From the human T2T-CHM13v2.0 reference genome, Homo sapiens, in assembly GCF_009914755.1 (NCBI RefSeq), contig NC_060930.1: a stretch of 64,000 nucleotides of DNA; one strand, written 5' to 3'. Made by a program: the position numbers and the translations under genes. Under the pieces are notes generated by a model. That model did no database searches. It was given only the letters and a program-made list of their open reading frames with translations, and was not told the DNA's origin. This document shows, piece after piece, positions 40,651-53,540 of the stretch (positions within the stretch are counted from its first letter, which is position 1; every line of letters starts with the position of its first letter).

Positions 40651-42969
40651 GGGCAGGGAACGGACCATCTCTGTGGCTGAATCTGCCTGAAGAGCTCAAG
40701 CTCCTAGATCACAGGTGGGCTGTAGAACAAAGTCACCAGGCATCCATCACTCCAAACTCTGCCTTTGAGATCCTCCTCCTCCAATGTAAATCTAAGGTAA
40801 TTAATCAAATCAAACAAAAGCTTCCAGAGATTTGCTCTTCTTTTGTACTAACCATCTTTCCTCTCAAGTCTCCTCTCCAGAGTCTTAATTGCATATTTCA
40901 TAAGCCTGTTTGGAACTTTTACTAGCTGTCACCTTCAGTAAATACCAGCCAAGTAAAGTCTTCAAGTGTGTGATATTTAACACACTGGATACTTAAAGCA
41001 GTTATTGAAATAGGGCCTGCAGATATGACAGCTTGTGCTAACAGCTCCAGAACTATTACAGGTGAACATTTCAAAGCTCTTCACAGGATTTTTTTTTAAT
41101 TCCTGGATCGTTGACCTCATTAGCTCCTTGGCTCTTAGGCCCATGTGAGCTCAATTCCTTCCTGTCCATTGTCAGAGTCAACAATAGCCCTGTCCTCCCT
41201 GGTCCAATTGTGTCTCAAGTGCTGTCATGGATACATTCATCTACATAACCCTTAACATTTCAAGGACAATGGCTGTCCAAAACTGACCACTCAAAGAGAA
41301 GTATGGATTTTTTCTTGTTCTTTATAACTTTGATAATTTGTGGTCATTTTTTGAGCAAACGAGGCTTTTGGGTTTTTGTTTGGCAAGGGTTTTTGGCCTC
41401 TGCTTTCAGCAAAGGGATGAAGCAAGTCATTTTATCCACATATTTCATTGCCCCAGGGCCAGGCTCACATCTATTGCAGGCAGGTCTTGGAACCAGCTGC
41501 CCATGCTTCCTGAGAGAAGGGCATAGGGAAAGGGGTGTTCAGAGGGATTGGAATCAGTCGTCTTTTCCTTACACTCAACACAGCATCTACATGGGTGCCT
41601 TAGTTCAACCTAGGCCCACAAGTTTGAACTTGAGAAACTCATTCCTGTGCACAGAAATAAACATCAGCTCCCAATGTACCCCTAGTGACACCCCTATCTC
41701 CAAGATACTTTTTGACAACTAAAAAGAGTCCTAACAGGAGACTTAAAAGGATCCTGTGAACTGTGATCTTTATTTTAAGTGACTCAGAGCCCTTTTCCAC
41801 TTTTCAAACATTGACTCATTATCCAAGCACATTTAATACTTTCTTGTGTATAGAGCTGTGCTAGGCATTTTACAGAGCTAATTAAACAGACATGATGCCT
41901 AACCTCTAGGCGTTTATGATTTAAGGAAGACAGTGTCAGTGAGAACAGAGGAACCAATTCAGGACATAAGGGAAATGGAACAAATACCTTATGGCTATGA
42001 AGATAAACTATAAGAGCAAATGTGTTATTGGGTGTCTACTGGCAGCAACAGGACCATCCAGCTCACCTGGGGAATTCCAAAGCTCCTAAAGTAAGTTCAT
42101 TGTGACTATTATTTATCTTTTTAATCCTGTACATTCATTGGTAGGAGCTAGTGATGCCCAACAAATGTGGATCACTGACAATATATTTCTGTCTTTTCAT
42201 TCTGCAGACAGAACTTCACAGAAGTAGACAGACACCCCTGAAGCCAGGCCTCTGGCCCTTCCTTATCTCACCCTCCTCAGTCCAAGTTCTGTATATCTTT
42301 GCTTGCTCAGCTTTAGTCTAGTCCGATCATTCCAACTTGGGATTCATTCTTTCTTCCCTAGACTTCCTTCTCAGAACCATCTGCTCACCCATAGAGGACA
42401 AATCCCAGGTTTACCCACCTTAATCTCAATAATGTACCTATTTCAGATAGTCAAGAGCTATGCACAGTAGCTAAAATCAATGGAAGGACCAGAGTTGCTA
42501 GGGTCACCATTTAATATCGAGGTCTCAAATTTCCCAAAGAAGTAAGAATCATATTAGAGTTTGAATAACACTGCAAAGTAGATTAGGAAAAAACACAATA
42601 GACTTAGGGCCTGGCAAAGGGTTTTAAAATAGAGAATAAAGTTCTTGTTATGCCTTGTAGGAAAGCAGAGCTACATTTTTTATTAACAATGGTCAGTTTT
42701 GTTGTGAGGGCATTGGTTACTTTAAATTACTGGACAGAAGGCATATCTGAAATGGTTCTGGGAGTAACCCAGAAGGGCCAGGCAAACACCAAAGCTCTCA
42801 GATAGTAACAAAGCACCAGGAAGCCCTGTGGCCATCAGCTCAAAGTCTTCTGTGGCTGGCGGAATATGCCCACTGTAGAGTCAGCATGGTCCCTTCAGAT
42901 TCAGCCCTATTGCTCTGTCCCAGTGTGGGAAATGGGCATCTATACGGAGCCCCCAGCCTTACCCTCTGA

Positions 42970-43371
<402 letters not shown>

Positions 43372-43605
43372 GCCCAATCCTCTCTAAGCCATCGGCCTCC
43401 AACATACCTTGCATATCTCTTCAATGGGTTCAGGCTTTTCAAAAATCTGAAAGGTATGTGTCTGACAGGAAACTTTGGCTTTTAGTCCAGGAACATAAAC
43501 CATCCTGAAATCAGTAGGCTAAAAAGCTCTGAATACTTGTTTGAAATGAGGAACGGGGAAAATGTAGGAAGCATTATGATGCTATAAGAAGTAGACTGTA
43601 GGGTA

Positions 43606-46600
43606 CAGTCAAATTAGAACTCAGGATTAAGAAACTCACTCAAAACCTCACAACTACATGGAAACTGAACAACCTGCTTCTGAAGACTACTGGGTAGACA
43701 ACAAAATTAAGGCAGAAATAAATAAGTTATTTGAAACCAGTGAGAACAAAGACACAATGCACCAGAATCTCTGGGACACAGCTAAAGCATTGTTTAGAGG
43801 GAAATTTATAGCACTAAATGCTCACAGGAGAAAGCAAGAAAGATCTAAAATCAACATCCTAACATCACAATTAAAAGAACTAGAGAAGCAAGAGCAAACA
43901 AATTCAAAAGCTAGCAGAAGACAAGAAATAATTAAGATCAGAGCAGAACTGAAGGAGATAAGAGACATGAAAAACCCTTCAAAAAATCAGTGAATCCAGG
44001 AGCTGATTTTCTGAAAAGATTAACAAAATAGATAGACCGCTGGCCAGACTATTAAAGAAGAAAAGGGAGAAGAATCAATAGACACAATAAAAAATGATAA
44101 AGAAGAGATCACCACTGATCCCATAGAAATACAAACTACCATCAGAGAATACTACAAACACCTCATGCAAATAAAATAGAACATCTAGAAGAAATGGATA
44201 AATTCCTGGACACATACACCATCCCAAGACTAAACCAGGAAGAAGTTGAATCCCTGAATAGATCAATAACAAGTTCTGAAATTGAGGCAGTAATTAATAG
44301 CCTACCAACCAAAAAAATCCCAGAACCAGATGGATTCACAGCTGAATTCTACCAAAGGTACAAGGAGGAGCTGGTACCATTCCTTCTGAAACTATTTCAA
44401 ATAATAAAAAAGAGGGACTCCTCCCTAACTCATTTTATGAAGTCAGCATCATCCTGATATCAAAAATTGGCAGAGACACAACAAAAAAAGAAAATTTCAG
44501 GCCAATATCCCTGATGAACATCGCTGTAAAAATCCTCAATAAAATACTGGCAAACCGAATCCAGCAGCACATCAAAAAGCTTATCCACCATGATGGCTTC
44601 ACCTTAGGATGCAGGGCTGGTTCAACATATGCAAATCAATAAATGTAATCCATCACATAAACAGAACCAATGACAAAAACCACATGATTATTTCAATTGA
44701 TGCAGAAATGGCCTTTGATAAAATTCAAAACCCATTTACTCTAAAAACTCTCAATAAACTAGGTATCAATTGAACGTATCTCAAAATAATAAGAGTTATT
44801 TATGACAAACCCACAGCCACTATCATACTGAATGGGCAAAATCTGGAAGCATTCACTTTGAAAACCAGCAAAAGACAAGGATGCCTTCTCTCATCACTCC
44901 TATTCAACACAGTATTGGAAGTTCTGGCCAGGGCAATCAGGCAAGAGAAAGAAATCAAGGGTATCCAAATAGGAAGAGAGGAAGTCTAATTGTCTCTGTT
45001 TGCAGATGACATGATTGTATATTTAGAAAACCCCATCATCTCAGCCCAAAATCTCCTTAAGCTGATCAGAAACTTCAGCAAACTCTCAGGATACAAAATC
45101 ATTGTGCAAAAATCACAAGCATTTCTATACACCAATAATAGGCAAACAGAGAGCCAAATCATGAGTGAACTCCCATTCACAATTGCTACAAAGAGAATCA
45201 AATACCTAGGAATACAACTCACAAGGGATGTGAAGGACCTCTTCAAGGAGAACTACAAACCACTGCTCAAGGAAATAAGAGAGGACGCAAACAAATGGAA
45301 AAACATTCCATGCTCATGGATAGGAAGAATCAATATTGTGAAAATGGCTATACTGCCCAAAGTAATTTGTAGATTCAACGCTATCCGCATCAAGCTACCA
45401 TTGACTTTCTTCACAGAATTAGAAAAAATTACTTTACATTTTATGTGGAACCAAAAAAGATCCCATATAGTCAAGACAATCCTAAGCAAAAAGAACAAAG
45501 CAGAAGGCATCACACTACCTGACTTCAAACTATAGTACAAGTCTACAGTAACCAAAACAGCATGGTATTGGTACCAAGACAGATATATAGACCAATGGAA
45601 CAGAATAGAGGCCTCAGAAATAACAACACACATCTACAACCATCTGATCTTTGACAAACCTGACCAAAAAAAATGAGGGAAAGATTCCCTATTTAATAAA
45701 TGGTGTTGGGAAAACTGGCTAGCCATATACAGAAAACAGAAACTGGACCCCTTCCTTACACCTTATACAAAAATCAACTCGAGATGGGTTAAAGACTTAA
45801 ACATAAGACCTAAAACCATAAAAATCCTAGAAGAAGACCTAGGCAATACCAATCAGGACATAGGCATGGGCAAAGACTTCATGACTAAAACACCAAAAGC
45901 AACCGCAACAAAAGCCAAAACTGACAAATGGGATCTAATTAAACTAAAGACCTTCTGCATAGCAAAAGAAACTATCATCAGAGTGAACAGGCAACCTGCA
46001 GAATGGGAGAAAATTTTTGCAATCTGTCCATCTGATAAAGGACTAATATCCAGAATCTACAAGGAACTTAAACAAATTTACAAGAAAAAAACAACTCCAT
46101 CAAAAAGTGGGCGAAGGATATGAACAGACACTTCTCAAAAGAAGACATTTATGGGGCCAAGAAACATATGGAAAAAAAGCTCATCATCACTGGTCATTAG
46201 AGAAATGCAAATCAAAACCACAATGAGATACCATCTCACACCAGTTAGAATGGCAATCATTAAAAAGTGAGGAAACAACAGATGCTGGAGAGGATGTGGA
46301 GAAATAGGAATGCTTTTACACTCTTGGTGGGAGTGTAAATTAGTTCAACCATTGTGGAAGACAGTGTGGCAATTCCTCAAGGACCTAGAACCAGAAATAC
46401 AATTTGGCCCAGCAATCCCATTATTGGATATATACCCAAAGGATTATAAACCATTCTACTATAAAGACATGTGCACACGTATGTTTATTGCAGCACTGTT
46501 CACAATAGCAAAGACTTGGAACCACCCCAAATGCCCATCAATGATAGACTGGATAAAGAAAATGTGGCACATATATACCATGAAATACTATGCAGCCACT

Positions 46601-46946
46601 ACAAAAAAGGATGAGTTCATGTCCTTTGTAGGGACATGGATGAAGGTGAAAAACCATCATTCTTAGCAAACTAACACAGGAACAGAAAACCAAACACCAC
46701 ATGTTCTCATCCATAAGTGGGAGTTGAACAATGAGAACACAGGGACACAGGGAGGGGAGCATCACACACTGGGGCCTTTCTGGGGGTGGGGGCTAGGGGA
46801 GGGATAGCATTAGGAGACATACCTAACGTAGATGACGGGTTGATGGGTACAGCAAACCACCATGGGATGTGTATACCTTTGTAACAAGCATGCACATTCT
46901 GCCCTTATATCCCAGAACTTAAAGTATAATAAAAAATTAAAAAAAG
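43606..46946 (+). mobile_element. L1PA7-like, 5'-truncated in ORF2, decayed
   Basis: RT fragments (LFADDMIVY); 3' UTR tagatgacgggttgatggg...aaaccaccatgg; TSD aagaagtagactgt(a)gggta at 43586-43605 and 46947-46965. Confidence 0.95.
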
Positions 46947-48269
46947 AAGAAGTAGACTGTGGGTATAATGGAGACACAAAGGGCAGGGGTCTAACTCTGT
47001 CAAAGGCAAACATGAAGCTCATTGACGGTTTCACAGAGAAATGATTCCAAGATGAGTCTTTAGCTATATAAAATTTATCTCACATTTTACCTTCCAGAAT
47101 ATATGCTTTATAAACTGGAGAAAACCTGCAGAAATCCTTTTTTTTTTCTCCAAATTCAAAAATTGCACTCCATTTGATCTAGGAATGTAACCAAAAAAAT
47201 CACATCATTTTACCATGTGGCAAATTTTCTAGTGATGACAATAATAGTAGTGACAATTACAATGAAAACACAGAATGGCATGAATTACTAAAAACTTTCT
47301 GACACCTGAGTACATATACTTTTTAGGCTTGCCTGGAGGAATTGTGGAGCTGAAGTTAGTCCTTATTTTCCACTAGCCTTACTACTCATGCCTAATTGTA
47401 ATGTGCATAGAGAATGACATGAGTTTGAGTGATTGAGTGAAATCAGACACATTGAATTTCCCAGGTCTGGTAATTAATACCTTGTCAAGTACAAAGACAG
47501 TGGTGCACTCAAGAGGAAAAGCCCGAGAGTAATTATACAGTGGCCAGGTTAGGGCTCAGTAAGTGACACTGACTTATTGGCCCTGAGTTTCTGACACTGC
47601 CTGTCAAGATCGATTTATAACAGAAATGACTCATCTACCCTTCTCATTCTAAGATCAAGTGTGTGTCCTCTGCTCAGGGGAGTCTAACTTTCTTTGGCAG
47701 ACCGATAGAGTCAAAGTTTAATTAACATGATGATAAATCACATGGAAGCCATCGCGTGTTAGCAATTCTCAGATAACCCATTCCATGTCCTATGCTGTCT
47801 TTTGCCTAGTCCCTGTGCCTTTATAAAGGAATCAATACAAGGAGTATTTAGTAGAAATACTAAATTACAGTATTTATTTGGGGGAAGAAATCAAATACAA
47901 AAAAGCTTGTATCTTTTTAGAAAACAAAACATAGGAAAGAAGAAAAAAGGAAAGACGGAAGGAAGGAGGAGAGAGACTATGTTGAGCATCTTTAAGATAC
48001 AACTAGGCTCTTTCTCTTACAGAGCTGTGTATATTTTTCAGAAATCTGCTTGATACAACCAAAAAGGCCACTAAGTAGAATCTTACTTGGATAGAATTAT
48101 CCAGGCTGGGAGTACCTACAGCTGGACTAAAAAGGGTTTTTTTCAAAATGACTAGGGAATCTGTGGAGACTCCATCCCAATGTTAGATAAGAAATTGCAA
48201 TCCAGCAAATGTTACAAAATTTAGAAAAAACAAAAGTTTATGTGGTCAACGTATGCATCCTTTTTCCAC

Positions 48270-48430
48270 TGTGGTCCAGCTGGAAGACCTGAGATCAGTT
48301 ATTTAACCTCTTTAAGTTTCAGTTTTCTCATCTCTAAAATAGGGAATTTAATGGCATTATGTATATAAAATCCTCACTACAGTTCTTGGCAAATATTAGA
48401 TACTCAATAAAACCTTAGTTTTTATCACCA
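48270..48430 (+). mobile_element. MIR
   Basis: agttatttaacctctttaagtttcagttttctcatctctaaaatagg...tactcaataaa. Confidence 0.75.
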
Positions 48431-49389
48431 TCATCACTAGAATGGAGGGACTTGACAGAAGAGAACAGGAGAACAAGAGAGAATCCATACTTGAAAGCTA
48501 AGAGCTATTATCTAAAACTTACCCAACTAGGAAGTCCAGTGGTTTAAAAACAAAAACGTATCTTTTATTTTACTAAGACCAAATAGATTTATATCTCAAA
48601 AAATGTTAGGAAAAATTGCATTTTCCAGAAACTTAATTATGCATTCTGAAACTTCATAAATTCCATTAAACAAGGTGTTTATAATAGTTACTGGATGAAG
48701 TTATATTTTATAATTTGGTATTTTCAAATATTATTTGTCACTTGATTTTACTGTGCTTTCTATGTAGTGCCACTTTTTAAAAGGTAAACAAATTGATACT
48801 TTATATAACAAAGTTGAACTTATATAAAAACCTCAGTCTTCAAATGCAGGATGAGACTTAATTCAATTTTGGCCAGGTAGCATCTCATCAGTAAATCACT
48901 GCCTAGAATGTAATGCAGAAATAATGGCATAAGGCCCTGTCATTGACATAGATGTTTGAAGCAGTGTTTGAAGTCAATCAAGATCTCAGAAGCTTTGGTT
49001 AAAACAGTAATTTCCATGACTATGGCATTACTGAGGTTTTAAAATGTTTGTACAGGCTAAGGGATGGAAAATATTTATCAAAATTAGAGAACCCATACCA
49101 AGTTTGGGCACTGAAGATAGTCATCAAACAGTGGCAGCAATAAATATTCTCTTACCTCCTTATGTGGTCTTAAACACCTGAAATGGGGATGGGAAAGTAC
49201 TGAGTCTGTTAGGACTGCCCCTTCTTCTGCATAAAAACATAATTTTTAAAAAATCCCCACTCTGTCCATACCATCTCATGGGCCTCCATGTCTCCAACAT
49301 TTGGGATGGGGGTGGTGATGGGAGAAACTCAGGAGGTCACTCTGTGTCTGTAAACCTTGGAAGTAGAGACTTTTGAATAAAACTCTTCA

Positions 49390-49723
<334 letters not shown>

Positions 49724-52399
49724 TTAATGTTTACAACTAGAATCTGGGGCACCATAAAGCTAATGATAAGTTCAATGTTGACATAGGATTCTCTAGGCAA
49801 AATGGAGGAAATAACTCCAGACAGTTTGGTTTACAATCAGCCAAGTCACTGTCATCACAGCCACTGTCCTCATAGCTGCCACCATCCTGTGGCTGGAAAG
49901 CATAACCCCAGGGGCTCAGTGCACATCCATGAAGGCTACATCCATCAGATCTCTCAGCTCAGGTGAGGAGGACCCTAGCCTCACAGGCAGAAAGGGCAAT
50001 TGCATTTGATAATACTCCCCAAGGTAAGAACAGAGATAAATGTCTACTAAAGTGCATAATCTAAAGCCTCCCCAGTTCCAATAGAGAAGAGAAAGGTTTT
50101 TAAGGGTAACCTAATTTTAGTGTCTCACTTAATTCTCTCCCAGAAATGTCCCTGCTCGTACCATGGGCCCCCACATGGAATTTACACTGGCAAAGAAACC
50201 AGGGGCTCTGGATTCTGTCCCTGGTTCTTACTCTATACCATTTTATCTACACTTCAAGAAGTCACTTAACTAAGCTGTGGTTCAGTTTCCATTTATGTCA
50301 TATGTGTATGATATCAATTCATTGACATTCATTAGAAAAAAGTATCCAGTTCAGACAATTAATTACTAAAATTAGCTCCCAAATTCCATCTTGGTTCCCA
50401 AACCCTCCATTTTATCTAAAATGACCTAATTAAAAGAAAATTGAGATAGTATTATGCTGTCCTATAATGCACTTTAAAATACTCAACATACATAGTGTGA
50501 TATCATGTTTATATTACTTACAGTGAGCTTCAGTCAGGCACTAATCAAGAATGCACAAACCAGATGGTCTTCTGGCATTCCACCCAGGAAATCTGTTCCC
50601 CAAAGCAGCTACCGTAATAACTTGAATGATTCACATCTCGGCCAATAACCAACACTTTGCTATTAGCTTAATGAATATCAGCAATGGATTTTTATTGATT
50701 AAAAACAGTGACCTGGTGAGTAGCATGATAAATTTTAGAACCAGCTCTTACTGATTACATTGAAGGTATCTAGGTATGGGTTAGTTTAAGGCATTTTGGT
50801 GACACTCAACTCCTTATGAACAGGGTATAAAATCCAGTGAGATCTATGTTTTCACCTTCGAGGATGACACTCCACTAGCCGGTCCTGTGTTCAGCCATTG
50901 GTTTAGGAGGCTTTCTAGTTGCCTGATACTGCCTATAAAAGGATGGATTCCTGCTGCTGGAGTATGGTTGTGTTTGTCCCCAATAAACTCTGCATGTAAG
51001 ACAGGGGTTAGAATATGCCAAAGGACAGACAGAAGGGATTTCATTGGGATTACACAGCTGGTTGTATGTGCAATTTTATGCTTGCTTTCTAATTATATTT
51101 GTTTAAAAATATCTGTATGTGTAGCAGAATTTGATCTGAGACCTGCTGCTATAAATAAGTGATACTGCAATTATGAGGAGGTGTTTACCCTTATCGATTT
51201 TAACTTTCTCCAGCAGCTTCCTTTATCTGCCAAAAAGAGCCAAAGAGTTTCTGTACGGCCAATTGGCTTGCCACACACAGCTAGTAAGATTGGTGTAAGT
51301 AAAATTGCTTATTAAAAAAACTCCATTCTCATCAGGCTAATCCAGAATTTGATTTAATAACTGAGCATCTAACTCTTTGTATTAGAATATCAATTCAAAT
51401 AAAAGCTTACCTTAGGTACCATTCAGGAGTGTGTTACTCTTGCTGCTGCTTCTCCGCTCATCTGATTTTTGCTTTGGAAAAGACCCAGTAAACATTTATT
51501 TGAAAACTAAGTGCAAGGTGCTATGCTGGGCACTAACAAGGGTACAATGGGATATGACTCGAGGTTTGGGAGCTTCAGGAACTTTCATGAAATGATGAAG
51601 TAAGCTGGAAGTTAAACTGGACTAGAAGTCAGGCAATCCAGGCTCTAGTCTGGATTAGCCCACTAGTACTTCTTTGGGCAAGCCAGCCTGTCTGTCTGAG
51701 CTTCACCTCTTTGTGTGACAGCAAAGGGGAGGCCCCTCCAGTTTCTTCCATTTTACCCATCTATGATGCAATTAATCAAAGGCTGTGAACTTATTCCTGC
51801 TGTGAGCCAGGCATTTTACTAGTTCTCAGGATTACAAAGACAAAAAAGATACGGCCCCTCCCCTAAGCAGGTCATACGATGTGAGAAAAAGTAGAAATAA
51901 TCACAATAATAGTATATTTTTATAGTTTATATAATATTATGACCCCCATTTCATTGAGAAATATCCAAGGAGCTTAAACCAATTATGTTGTTTTTCCCCT
52001 CACAGCAGGTGGATGGCAAAAGTCAGAAGATCATCTAAGACTATAGGAGAGGGAAAACCCATCATAGTTGGGCTGAGTAATTTCGACTCAAGTTATAAAG
52101 TTGGATACTGATGTCACTCCCTGTTCATCAAGTATCATCTAAGGAATATAAAAAGACTTTGTTCAAGCACATATGCCCTGCTATTTTTCCTGGAATTTCT
52201 GTCATTAAAATCACTCTGAAGCAACATAACCATAAACCTTTGACAATTTTACCTGAAAAGGATAATTACTCAAAAAGTCATTTTTACATCATGATAAATA
52301 ACCTTACCAAATTCATGATAGGTAAGTTTTATTAACCTAAGAAAAGGATAAATGACATATTTTTAGCTCTTCTTCTCAAATTACCACCAACAAGATGTC

Positions 52400-53540
52400 C
52401 CACCACATCCTCCAGGTGAACATTTTAAAATCCAAGTCATCATCTCCACCAAACCTTTCTACCCCAACCACCCACACCAACCTTCTCCACCCAATTTCTC
52501 CCTCACTAATGTTGCCATTTTTCTCTCAGTCAGTCATATAAGCTTAAAATCTTAAAGCTAACTTTGATCCCTTTTTTTTGTCTCCACTGCTCAAGATCTA
52601 TGGACACACTCTAGCATATCTCTTTCTCTCTCTCTTTTAAAATTGTGATAAAATATGCATAACATAAAATTTATCATCTTAACCACTAGAAGTGTACAGT
52701 TCAATATTGTTAAGTATGTGCAACCAATCTCCAAAACTATTTTCATGTTGTGAAACTCTAGACCCTTTAAACAACCCCACATTTTGTCCTCACTCCAGCC
52801 TGTCAACCACCATTCTATGTTCTGTCTCTATGCATTTGACCATTCTATAGGTACCTCATATCAATGAAAAACACAATATTTGCCTTTTTCTGACTGGCTT
52901 ATTTTGCTTAGCTTAATGTCCTCAAGGTTCCTCCAAGTTGTAGCATGTGTTAGGGTTTCCTTCCTTTTTAAGGCTGAAAAAATATTTCACTGTGTGTATA
53001 CACCACATTTTGTTTATCCATTTATCTATCAATGGACAGTTGGGTTGCTTCCACCGTTGGGCTATTGTGAATAATGCTGCTGTGAACATGGGAATACAAA
53101 TATTTCTTAGAAACTCTCCTTTCAGTTCTTTTGGGTATATACCAAAAAGTAGAATTGCCAAATCATATAGTAACTCTATTTTTAATTTTCTGAGGGACAC
53201 CATACTATTTTCTATAGTCTACCAAGCCCTTCCCTCATTCCTTTGCCCATGACCTCTGCCTTCCCAGCCACATTAACTCCACCTGCTGAAACACTCTCAC
53301 CTCTTAGAAACAATTTCACTTGGTACTGGCATTGCATAGTCAAAATGCTCCCTCCAAATTCGAATGTCTATCAGCCTATGATTCATCTTCATAGCTCTTA
53401 TGCATCCATGTATGTGTCCTCGGAAACATGCATGTGCAATGTCTTCTTTGCTACAGTGAAAAGCCTTAAAGGCAGGGAAGTGAACTATTTTATTTGCTGC
53501 TAAAACTCCAGCACTCTACATTGCTAGGCATACAATAAAC
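52400..53540 (+). mobile_element. L2 remnant split by an L1MB
   Basis: gatgtcccaccacatcctc...aaaatcttaaag...ctttgatccc; later aagccttaaaggcaggga...ccagcactctacattgctaggcata. Confidence 0.55.
52636..53215 (-). mobile_element. L1MB-like 3' end
   Basis: aaaattgtgataaaatatgcataacataaaatttatc...ataggtacctcatat...gggtatataccaaaaagtagaattgc. Confidence 0.88.

Noticed and set aside
41303-41722. 139-aa ATG-initiated ORF in unique sequence
   Set aside because: No recognisable domain, promoter or splice context; this length is compatible with chance in 64 kb over six frames.
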